From Thermodesulfobium acidiphilum (GTDB lineage: Bacteria > Thermodesulfobiota > Thermodesulfobiia > Thermodesulfobiales > Thermodesulfobiaceae), in NCBI RefSeq assembly GCF_003057965.1, contig NZ_CP020921.1, forward strand, positions 1,724,916-1,774,794: a stretch of DNA of 49,879 nucleotides, written 5' to 3'. Positions 19,509-27,759 of this stretch are shown one piece after another. The translations under genes were made by a program, and so were the position numbers. The notes under the pieces are model-generated. The model was not told where the DNA came from and searched no databases. It saw only the letters and a list, made by a program, of their open reading frames with translations. Each line of letters opens with the position of its first letter. Position 1 is the first letter of the stretch.

Positions 19509-20099
19509 TCAGGCAGATTTTGAGGTAAGGATCTTTTCAACCATGTCACAGATTATGTGCTCAATCATAATATGACATTCCTGTATTCTTGGAACGTTTT
19601 TTGACGGAACGCTTATACAGATATCAGATAGTTTTTCCATTTCATTTCCAGCCATACCTGTAAGCGAGATTGTGCTTATATGATAAAGTTGAGCAATTCT
19701 TAGCGCCTTTATTAAATTTTTAGAATTCCCACTTGTCGAAATGGCAAAAAAGACGTCACCCATTTCACCTAGCGCTTCAATCTGTCTTGCAAAAATGCTT
19801 TCATATCCAAAATCATTTGAAATAGCTGTAATAATTGAAGTATCAGTAGTAAGGGCTATAGCTTTTAGAGCTTTCCTTTCCAACAAAAATCTACCAACAA
19901 ACTCTGCTGCAATGTGCTGTGAATCAGCAGCACTACCACCATTTCCCGCAATCAAAAGTTTTTTCCCAGACCTTAGCGCTGCAGATATAACTTTAACGCT
20001 CATTTTAACAGTTTCTAAAAATCTATCATCAGAAAGCAACTTATCTTTTAACTCCAGGGCTTCAGATATTGCTTTTCTGATTTCATCCTCTACAATCAT
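19509..20099 (-). CDS. gmhA: Phosphoheptose (sedoheptulose-7-phosphate) isomerase
   Basis: GNGGSAADSQH, NDFGY, ISTSGNS and RIQECH motifs. Confidence 0.96.
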   Translation of the reverse strand: MIVEDEIRKAISEALELKDKLLSDDRFLETVKMSVKVISAALRSGKKLLIAGNGGSAADSQHIAAEFVGRFLLERKALKAIALTTDTSIITAISNDFGYESIFARQIEALGEMGDVFFAISTSGNSKNLIKALRIAQLYHISTISLTGMAGNEMEKLSDICISVPSKNVPRIQECHIMIEHIICDMVEKILTSKSA

Positions 20100-22483
20100 T
20101 TACTTTTCCTTTCAAAAAAGTTGAGCATCTCTTTAGAAAAATTTTGGATAGAAAACTTTTCCATGACAAAAGCTCTTGCCCTTTCTCCAAGTTCTCTGGC
20201 AAAATCTCTATCTTTAGCCAATTTCAACATTGCACTATACAATTCATCTTCATCAGGGAGAGCCCACTCCCAATCTGGATTATATCCCGAGCTATTTTGA
20301 CCTATTTTTTCGAACTTATAATTTAAAAGTATAGAATTGTCTTTATTCATAAACTCAAGGTTACCACCGTATGCTGTAGCAATAACTGGTTTTCCAAGCC
20401 ACATAGCTTCTATTAGAGGAAGGGCCATGCCTTCACAACTGTGCGGAGAAACGTATGCATCTGCAGCATTTAATATAGTAATATATCCATCTCTGTTCGT
20501 AGTCTCATCCACAAATACAACGTTGTCAGTAATACCCAATTCTTTAATGTATTTTGCGAGTTTTACTTGATTTTCAGAATATTTTGCAGCCTGAAAGGTC
20601 TTAAATATTAAATATACATCGCTATATTCTCTTACAACCCTCGAAAGAGCCCTTAAAAGCAAAAACGGTCTTTTTCTGTCAAAATCTCTGAAAAAGTCCA
20701 GTATAAACATAAAAACAAAAGAGTCATAAAAACCAAAGGTTGCTCGAAGATTCTTTCTGTGTTGTAATATTCTCCAATCGTAAGTGAATGGATACAAAAA
20801 CTTATATACCTTTTTCCCTCCCGCTTTAATTAAAGCGCTTTTTACAAAATCTGAATAACACATAACTTCATCTACCAAAGAAAAGGCCTTAGGGTCATCA
20901 AAATACCTATCAAATTCCCAGTTCCAGATTGCAGATGTTCTGCCTTTGAAAATATTGCTTGATATATCTTTAAGATAAGCCAAATCTTCTGAATTAATAA
21001 AAAATATTGTGTTATTAAATGATAGATTATTAACGTTAAAACAAGCAATATTTTTAATTTCCTCTTCAGAAACTCTCAAATTTGATGTAACGGGCAAAAA
21101 GAAAAGCGAACACGGAATACCCAGTGAAGATGCCTTTCTAAAAAAGGATCTTGCTTGAACCCCAAGCCCAATCTTCGATTCAAAAAACCCAACGATGTTT
21201 ATTCCAAAAGGGCTATGCTCAATACGAGATGTATCAGTAAGGTTGTAATTAACCCTTAAGATATCCTTCAATGTTACAGTACTTATTATGCCAGTCATAG
21301 AAAAAGTCAAGCGTAAATCCAGTCTTGACTCAATCACACATCTTGCAAACCTACTTATAGAGCTGTATTTTGTGTGCAGAAAAGAAAGTATTGCCCTTAC
21401 ATTTTCTCTGTCAGGTAAATATGGATTCCTAAATCTCTTAAATATTTCTTCTGAATATCTTCTTCTTACTTCAAGAGGTATCCTAATTCTTGTTAATGGA
21501 AGGTACTCAAAATAATATGGTAATTCCTCAAATTTTCTTTTATTTTGGAAAAAACTTTTGTTATAGTACTCGTTTACTAACTTTATATACGATTTATTTA
21601 TTGATCCAAAAAAGCTTACGTGATCGAATAGAAATAAATCATCCAGATAAAACCCACTAAATTCAAAAAGTGATATCTTCTTGAGAAGATTTTTTCTATT
21701 TACAAAATAATTAGATTCTTTAAATATGATATCTTCTTTTTTAACATTATAAAAGGTCAGAGTATACTGCAAATCATCTAATTCAAGATATTTTAGCTTT
21801 GATATCTCTTTCCTGTGAAAATAGGAGATATTAGCTTCAGTATTTTTTAAAGCAAATATCGATTCTTTGAAACGAATTACATCATAATCATCCAAAAGAT
21901 CGTATAAGCCCTTTACATCAGAAAGGCAGAAGATATTTTTCGATAAGTACAAACTTTTTTTAAATCCAACATAAGCAAAATATTCAAAAACATATGACAA
22001 AATCCAGTTTTTCGACTCATCCTTAGTAGATGTCCAAAGAACTTTATGCATATCCCTACATGAAATTTCTGACAAAAGTTCACACAAAAAGAAAAATTTA
22101 ATACCTCTAGATACCAATTCGTTAAAGAGTCTAAATTCTCTAATATCCTTTAAAAGGTCTACAACTACAACTACAAATTCAATGTCTGGATTGTTTTTTA
22201 GAAAACTATCCCTTAAATTTAGGGCATAGTGCATTTCGTCTTTGTTAATTATAGTAAACGCAACATCTTTGTGTTGAACAGGAATCTTGGGAGAATAGTC
22301 AAAATTTATCTTAACGACTCTTAGATCTTCCCATAAATCCTTTGCTTTAAAAATCTCATATTTTATCTTTTCTAATCCCTTGCTTAACGAAGAAGCAAAC
22401 CCCTTTTTCTGATAATTTTTTAAGGACTTTCTAAACGAAATATATCTTGAGAGCGAACTTTTAAATAACGTGTTTTTAAACAT
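20096..22483 (-). CDS. Multi-domain glycosyltransferase (degenerate GT-A-like N-domain + GT4 C-domain)
   Basis: C-terminal YVSPHSCEGMALPLIEAMWLGKPVIATAYGGNLEF (GT4 E-x7-E); N-terminal AFTII..ALNLRDSFLKNNPD..VVD segment. Confidence 0.85.
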   Translation of the reverse strand: MFKNTLFKSSLSRYISFRKSLKNYQKKGFASSLSKGLEKIKYEIFKAKDLWEDLRVVKINFDYSPKIPVQHKDVAFTIINKDEMHYALNLRDSFLKNNPDIEFVVVVVDLLKDIREFRLFNELVSRGIKFFFLCELLSEISCRDMHKVLWTSTKDESKNWILSYVFEYFAYVGFKKSLYLSKNIFCLSDVKGLYDLLDDYDVIRFKESIFALKNTEANISYFHRKEISKLKYLELDDLQYTLTFYNVKKEDIIFKESNYFVNRKNLLKKISLFEFSGFYLDDLFLFDHVSFFGSINKSYIKLVNEYYNKSFFQNKRKFEELPYYFEYLPLTRIRIPLEVRRRYSEEIFKRFRNPYLPDRENVRAILSFLHTKYSSISRFARCVIESRLDLRLTFSMTGIISTVTLKDILRVNYNLTDTSRIEHSPFGINIVGFFESKIGLGVQARSFFRKASSLGIPCSLFFLPVTSNLRVSEEEIKNIACFNVNNLSFNNTIFFINSEDLAYLKDISSNIFKGRTSAIWNWEFDRYFDDPKAFSLVDEVMCYSDFVKSALIKAGGKKVYKFLYPFTYDWRILQHRKNLRATFGFYDSFVFMFILDFFRDFDRKRPFLLLRALSRVVREYSDVYLIFKTFQAAKYSENQVKLAKYIKELGITDNVVFVDETTNRDGYITILNAADAYVSPHSCEGMALPLIEAMWLGKPVIATAYGGNLEFMNKDNSILLNYKFEKIGQNSSGYNPDWEWALPDEDELYSAMLKLAKDRDFARELGERARAFVMEKFSIQNFSKEMLNFFERKSK

Positions 22484-22484
22484 A

Positions 22485-22760
22485 TTAAGTTACCACTATA
22501 AGTTCTTTGAAAAATAAAAATTTTTTCAAACCAATTCTTGTCTTATTTTTAAGATTTAATTCTTTAGGTATATAAATTTCTATTCCCTCCTGTTCAAAAA
22601 CTTTATATGCTATTCCTTCCAAAGGCTCTCCAACTCTAACTGAAGGAGGTAAAGGGACCCTGCTTCAAGAAAAGCAAGACGAAGCATTTATAAAAAAAAT
22701 CTTTGATCCCTTTGATTTTATGTATTCTTTAGCCTCTTTATCAAATTCAAATTTAGGCAT
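22485..22760 (-). CDS. Predicted small selenoprotein B, CxxU motif (HesB-like / 'CC/Se motif'-like), 91 aa
   Basis: GGAGG RBS + ATG at 22760. Translation MPKFEFDKEAKEYIKSKGSKIFFINASSCFSUSRVPLPPSVRVGEPLEGIAYKVFEQEGIEIYIPKELNLKNKTRIGLKKFLFFKELIVVT. Single in-frame TGA at 22667-22665 (codon 32); TAA ends 1 nt before the next ATG. Confidence 0.85.
22628..22648 (-). promoter_or_regulatory. Candidate SECIS upper stem-loop of selenoprotein B
   Basis: CTCC-TTC-[AGTTA]-GAG-TT-GGAG; loop starts 23 nt after the UGA. Confidence 0.6.
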
Positions 22761-23055
22761 TTTTACCTCCATCTAAAGCATATATAAAAATATATTCCTT
22801 ACCATAGGAACTTGTCTTTGCATCGATCACAAGATCTTTATCGTAAAAAAAATTTTTCGGCACATATACAACAACATCATCAAAAAATATACAATTATAT
22901 TTATCAAATTCTTTCTTAGGTCTTCCCCATCTAACTGATGGTATTCCTGAACCAGTCCCTCAAGTGCTACACAACAAATCCCTCGATGGCAAGACATATA
23001 TTTCTTTGCCACTCTTCTCAATTAATTTAATTGCCTTTTTAGTTAAAGATATCAT
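22753..23055 (-). CDS. Predicted small selenoprotein A, CxxU motif (paralogue of B), 100 aa
   Basis: Translation MISLTKKAIKLIEKSGKEIYVLPSRDLLCSTUGTGSGIPSVRWGRPKKEFDKYNCIFFDDVVVYVPKNFFYDKDLVIDAKTSSYGKEYIFIYALDGGKNA. Single in-frame TGA at 22962-22960 (codon 32); overlaps gene B start by 8 nt; no clear SD. Confidence 0.82.
22927..22941 (-). promoter_or_regulatory. Candidate SECIS upper stem-loop of selenoprotein A
   Basis: Perfect CCATC-[AGTTA]-GATGG hairpin; loop starts 23 nt after the UGA. Confidence 0.7.
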
Positions 23056-23193
23056 TATATATCATATATATTAAATCATATTAACATTTAAGAGTGAAGA
23101 CCCAAAAGATATCATTAACACAAATTTATACACAAATTTTAAAAAATAAGATAATATTTATAAAGTTAGTAAATAAAAATTTTTGGAGGAATT

Positions 23194-24063
23194 ATGTCAT
23201 TAACCGATTACAAAGAAAAGCTTCAAAATGCTGTTGACCTAGTAAATAAGAACGAGCTTGACCAGGGAAGAAAAGTATTACAAGAATTAATTGATGAGCT
23301 TCATGAAAATCAAACAAACGAAGAAAAAGATATCCTTGCAACCGCACTGGATATACGAAGCCTTATTAGAGCCTATGGTAGAGATTTTGAGGGTTCCATG
23401 AAGGACCTTGACGAATCGATTGCTCTTAGGAAATTTCTTTTTAGCGAAAAGTTTAGTAAAAATCAGGAAGACATTGCGAGACTATTAACTCACAAGGGAA
23501 TAAACCTAGGACAAATAGGTAAGCTTGACGAAGCCCTCTCTCAAATCAAGGAAGCAATTAATTTGTATGAAGAGTGTTATAAAGATGGTTCGCTTTCCAA
23601 CACTGGACTCTATACCCATGCCCTAAATCAACTCGCAATTACACAAAAAAATATGAACAATTTCGAATCTTCCTTTGAAGCTTTCAACAAAGCTATTGAT
23701 ATTTTAGAAAAGGAAGTAAAAGTTGATAACTCTCTTAACTTAGACCTTGCTGTAACTTATATGAACAGGGGCATAAACAATGTAGAAACATCAAAAACTC
23801 AGGACTCAATCGACGATTTTAGGAAAAGTATTGACATTGTTATAGATTCACTAAAAGAAAGGCCAGAACTTGTCGGACTTTACTCGAGGCTGGTATATTA
23901 CTCCATTCTTTCAATGGCAAGATCAGGCCTTATATTGCCAGATAAGTTGGAAAAATTTAAAACAGAATCAGAATACGTGTTTAATACATATGGCATGACT
24001 GAGGAAGCAGAGTTTTGGATGACTAAAATCGGTGAACTATTTGCCCCACCACAAAGTTCTTGA
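23194..24063 (+). CDS. Tetratricopeptide repeat protein (possibly extended to 24078 by Sec read-through)
   Basis: TPR-like helical repeats (ARLLTHKGINLGQIGKLDEAL, AVTYMNRG); GGAGG RBS; stop is TGA followed by GGC CCA GGT TGT TAG. Confidence 0.85.
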   Translation: MSLTDYKEKLQNAVDLVNKNELDQGRKVLQELIDELHENQTNEEKDILATALDIRSLIRAYGRDFEGSMKDLDESIALRKFLFSEKFSKNQEDIARLLTHKGINLGQIGKLDEALSQIKEAINLYEECYKDGSLSNTGLYTHALNQLAITQKNMNNFESSFEAFNKAIDILEKEVKVDNSLNLDLAVTYMNRGINNVETSKTQDSIDDFRKSIDIVIDSLKERPELVGLYSRLVYYSILSMARSGLILPDKLEKFKTESEYVFNTYGMTEEAEFWMTKIGELFAPPQSS

Positions 24064-24075
24064 GGCCCAGGTTGT

Positions 24076-24098
24076 TAGACCCTTGGTCTAAGGGTTTG
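24076..24098 (+). promoter_or_regulatory. Candidate SECIS hairpin after the TPR gene TGA
   Basis: TAGACCCTT-[GGTCT]-AAGGGTTTG, 9-bp stem including G-U pairs; loop 21 nt after the UGA. Confidence 0.5.
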
Positions 24099-24107
24099 TT
24101 TAGGGTA

Positions 24108-24144
24108 CAAAAAAAGGAAGAGAGAGATTTCTCTTCCTTTTTTG
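24108..24144 (+). terminator. Intrinsic terminator (potentially bidirectional)
   Basis: AAAAAAGGAAGAGA-loop-TCTCTTCCTTTTTT inverted repeat with T tract. Confidence 0.85.
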
Positions 24145-24198
24145 TTACTATAAGACTATTCTTGACGTATTCTATAAAAAGGTTTATGGAGGTAAAAG

Positions 24199-24870
24199 AT
24201 GTATCATCTATATAATAGAAGATCCTTTATTAAAAAGCTCATTTATAGCTTAATTGCCTTCAAATTGATGTTATATAATTCCAATTCGCTTGCAGAATCC
24301 TCTACTGAAGTTTGGGGGCAATGCCCAAGAGGGCTTCAATATGACCCATATCCTGGTAAGTGTTCAAGGTATATAGACACAAACAACGACGGCTATTGTG
24401 ACTATTCAGAACCTCCTCCAAAAACCAAATCAAGTTTAAACTCATATGTTTCCAAAAAAGCTGAAAATTTCAATAACACAAAGCCATTATTTGGTGATGA
24501 TATAGCTGAAGCAGCAGATCGAAAAAGAAGGCGTTCAATTACTGAAAGTTATAATACAGGAACACTGTCCATACTAGCAATTCTTTTTTCCTTAATATCC
24601 GGTCTTCTGGTAAGGAAAAAAGTAATAAAAAAACAAACGCTTCTAAAAATATGTAACTTTGTCTTAGCATTATCTTTTGTAGTATCTGCAGTCCTTGGAA
24701 TGATCTTATCACTTAAATACGACGGCCTTATCAAACTTCCTTTGCCATCTTGGGTTTTGTTTTTGCATGTAGAATTTGGAATAGTTTTTTGCTTCTTAGC
24801 AATTCTACACTTAGCATTAAATTGGAAATCTATGCTTTATTTGTTCAACCTTAATGGTAAAAAAAATTAG
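24199..24870 (+). CDS. Membrane protein with Tat-like N-terminus, Cys-rich motif and DUF4405-like C-terminal TM domain
   Basis: NRRSFIK; CPRGLQYDPYPGKCSRYIDTNNDGYCD; three TM helices with LHVEFG..ILHLALNW His pair. Confidence 0.7.
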   Translation: MYHLYNRRSFIKKLIYSLIAFKLMLYNSNSLAESSTEVWGQCPRGLQYDPYPGKCSRYIDTNNDGYCDYSEPPPKTKSSLNSYVSKKAENFNNTKPLFGDDIAEAADRKRRRSITESYNTGTLSILAILFSLISGLLVRKKVIKKQTLLKICNFVLALSFVVSAVLGMILSLKYDGLIKLPLPSWVLFLHVEFGIVFCFLAILHLALNWKSMLYLFNLNGKKN

Positions 24871-25051
24871 TCTTACCTGTTCTCTCTCAAGGCAAGACTA
24901 ATTATAGTTAAGGGGTGTACTTTAACAGTATTTGGTTTTATAGTAATAACATTTCTATTATAGACCCAATTACCATAAAACAATATTGCTTTTTCAAAAA
25001 CAATAGTTATGAATACATTTAATTTATTAATGACAAATCAAGTTAAAAAAA

Positions 25052-26377
25052 TTATTTAATTTTATCCTTTTGAGCAAAATAGCTAAAAATAAGATTTATT
25101 ATTGGTAAGATCCACAAAAGAAATGCAAAGTGTATATAATACATTGGCTTAACTCCCAGTAAAATTGCACATATTTGAGCCAGTAGATTCCAAGGAACAA
25201 TTCCCGGAAAAACATGTGCACTATCTGCAATAACTCTTGATAAAAGAGAAAGTTTAAAGTTCCTCCTCCATTCATTTCTTAATTGCTGTGCGGCAAGCAT
25301 CAGAGGCAGGGCTTGATTACAAAAAAGCATTGAAGATATAAGGTTGAGAACTATCACCCTAAAAACTGATTGACTGTAACTTTTAGGATTTATAATTCTC
25401 TTCACAAGAGAATCTAAAATCCTACTCTTTTGAAGCAGTGAATTAAACGCAGAAGAAACACAAACAAGTGCTACCAAGGGCAACATAGAAAAAATACCGC
25501 TCAAGTGGTTAAATGGCCAAATGTTTATTCCATAAAAAATGTGGTATATAAGATTTATACTAGAATTTACATCGCTTATAAAGAGAGCAAATATAGATGA
25601 AAAAAGAAAAGAGAAAAAAAGTGGCACTTTTTTTATAAACAAAACAAACAAAATTAAAATAGGAAATAACTTAAAATAGTCAACTTTTATCAAGTAATCA
25701 CTGGTTATGTGAACAGAATTGATATGAATTTCAAAAAAAATAGGTAAAAAAATTGAGTAAACAATTAAAATTAAAATGACTGCAACTATTGTTGTAGGTA
25801 AAATTGCCATAAAGTGAGTTTTAACATCAATTCCTACACATATCGCAGTCAGTCTAAGAGCAGAAGAAAAAATAGAGGATCTATCTCCTAACATCGCACC
25901 AGAAACGAGAGCTCCTGCAACTATATACGAGGGATAGTGTACGCTATTTGAAAGTGCCATTATTGGAGCAGAAAGAATACATAAAGTCCCAGTGATGCTA
26001 CCAATAATCAAAGAGAGGATCGATGCAAATACAAAAGAGAAAAAAGCCAAGTACTTAGGATTTAAAGTAAACATAAAAATATTAAGTATTTCATTTAAAG
26101 TTCCAGATAGTGCAAATGAGGGAAGCATTATCCCAACACCTATAAGTATTCCCACTACTTCTTTCACCATAAATATCCCTTTTAGTGAAATAAAAATTAA
26201 TTGGCTAAAATTATTCTTTAAAGTTAAAAGATATATAAATAACATGCAATATGCAGGTATCAATCCTAAAAAAAGTGGCAAGGAAAAAGATATGCATATA
26301 CCTAATCCAAAAAGAATAAATAAAATTAAGGCAAGTAAGATAAATTCTGATTTATAATTGTTAAATATTTTAAACAT
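25052..26377 (-). CDS. Na+/H+ antiporter NhaC family protein
   Basis: GALVSGAMLGDRSS and IVPWN motifs, many TM helices. Start moved to ATG 26377 to avoid overlap with bioA. Confidence 0.8.
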   Translation of the reverse strand: MFKIFNNYKSEFILLALILFILFGLGICISFSLPLFLGLIPAYCMLFIYLLTLKNNFSQLIFISLKGIFMVKEVVGILIGVGIMLPSFALSGTLNEILNIFMFTLNPKYLAFFSFVFASILSLIIGSITGTLCILSAPIMALSNSVHYPSYIVAGALVSGAMLGDRSSIFSSALRLTAICVGIDVKTHFMAILPTTIVAVILILIVYSIFLPIFFEIHINSVHITSDYLIKVDYFKLFPILILFVLFIKKVPLFFSFLFSSIFALFISDVNSSINLIYHIFYGINIWPFNHLSGIFSMLPLVALVCVSSAFNSLLQKSRILDSLVKRIINPKSYSQSVFRVIVLNLISSMLFCNQALPLMLAAQQLRNEWRRNFKLSLLSRVIADSAHVFPGIVPWNLLAQICAILLGVKPMYYIHFAFLLWILPIINLIFSYFAQKDKIK

Positions 26378-26436
26378 ATGAATATTATAAATCTTATAAA
26401 CTACTACAATACTTATATTGTATAGGAGGTTATCTG

Positions 26437-27759
26437 TTGATACAAATTTGGCATCCTTGTACACAGATGAAAGATCACGAAAAATACCCGTTAATAAAAA
26501 TAAAAAACGCAAGGGGGGTTTATCTTTACGACTTTAATGGTAATTCTTACATTGATGGAATATCTTCCTGGTGGGTAAACCTCTTTGGGCATTCCAATGA
26601 AAGATTAAACAGAGCTATTTCTAATCAGATCGCTTCACTTGAACAAATAATTTTTGCTGGCTTTACGCACGAAAAAGCTTTAGAACTAGCAAAGCTTCTT
26701 TCTGAGGTTGTTCCAGACAATCTTTCTAAAATGTTCTTTGCAGAAACTGGTTCAAGTGCAGTAGAAATTTCAATTAAGATGAGCTATCACTATTTTCAAA
26801 ACATAGGACAAAGAAAAAGAAAAAAATTTGTATCTTTAAAAAATGGTTATCACGGCGAAACTATAGGCGCACTTTCTGTTAGCGGTGAAGATTTGTACAA
26901 AAAAGCTTATAAAAGTATTTTGCCAAAAAATATTGTATCCTTTTCTCCAGATTGTTATAGGTGTAAATTTGGGCATTCAAGAGAGTCTTGCAACACAGAG
27001 TGCTTTTCAGATATTGAAAAAATATTGATATCAAACGGCGAAAAGATATGCGCAGTAATAGTTGAGCCCATAGTACAGTTTGCTGGCGGCTTCAAAATTT
27101 ATCCGCCTGAGTATTTAGTAAAGCTAAGAAATCTCACTTCTAAGCTTGGAATTCATTTAATCCTTGACGAAATAGCGACTGGCTTTGGGAGAACTGGTAA
27201 GATGTTTGCGTGTGAATGGGCAGATATTAAACCTGATTTTATGTGCCTATCGAAAGGAATAACAAGCGGCTATCTGCCTCTTTCAGTAGTGCTTACAACT
27301 GATGAAGTATACAGGGCTTTTTATGATGATTACACAACTCTTAAGGCATTTCTGCACAGTCACAGTTATAATGGTAATGCCATATCCTCAGCTGTAGCTG
27401 TTGAAACCTTAAAAATATTTAAAGAAGAGAATGTGTTGGAAAAAAATAAAGAAAAATACAAATATATGAGAAATCTTATAGAAAATAAATTCTGTGAACT
27501 GCAACACGTAGGAGAAATCAGACATATTGGATTTATTAGCGCTGTGGAAATTGTAGAAAATAAAAAAACAAAAAAGCCCTTTAACTGGAAAAAAAGAACT
27601 GGATTCAATATTTACAGAGAAGCGCTTAAGAGGGGGGTATTGCTCAGAAACTTAGGAGATATAATCTACTTTCTCCCACCGTATATAATAGAACCTCATC
27701 AAATTGAGTTCTTGGTAAAGGCAGCACACCAATCATATTTGGAGGTGTTAAAGAAGTGA
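26437..27759 (+). CDS. bioA: Adenosylmethionine-8-amino-7-oxononanoate aminotransferase
   Basis: IWHPCTQM, DGISSWWVN, DEIATGFGRTG and SKGITSG (PLP Lys). Confidence 0.96.
   Translation: MIQIWHPCTQMKDHEKYPLIKIKNARGVYLYDFNGNSYIDGISSWWVNLFGHSNERLNRAISNQIASLEQIIFAGFTHEKALELAKLLSEVVPDNLSKMFFAETGSSAVEISIKMSYHYFQNIGQRKRKKFVSLKNGYHGETIGALSVSGEDLYKKAYKSILPKNIVSFSPDCYRCKFGHSRESCNTECFSDIEKILISNGEKICAVIVEPIVQFAGGFKIYPPEYLVKLRNLTSKLGIHLILDEIATGFGRTGKMFACEWADIKPDFMCLSKGITSGYLPLSVVLTTDEVYRAFYDDYTTLKAFLHSHSYNGNAISSAVAVETLKIFKEENVLEKNKEKYKYMRNLIENKFCELQHVGEIRHIGFISAVEIVENKKTKKPFNWKKRTGFNIYREALKRGVLLRNLGDIIYFLPPYIIEPHQIEFLVKAAHQSYLEVLKK

Noticed and set aside
22827-23021. 64-aa minus-strand ORF in the track (MRRVAKK..)
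   Set aside because: Alternate-frame shadow of selenoprotein A. The TGA-containing frame has the paralogue similarity and operon coupling.
24075-24091. TTAGACC-CTT-GGTCTAA palindrome as a transcription-factor site
   Set aside because: It lies between a stop codon and a terminator and overlaps the SECIS-like hairpin; an RNA-structure role is more economical, though this alternative fold competes with the SECIS call.
24871-25051. Stop-free minus-strand frame of about 50 codons in the intergenic gap
   Set aside because: No ATG or RBS and no recognisable motif; likely chance.
26378-26512. N-terminal extension of the NhaC ORF given in the track
   Set aside because: It overlaps bioA head-to-head; ATG 26377 gives a sensible non-overlapping start.
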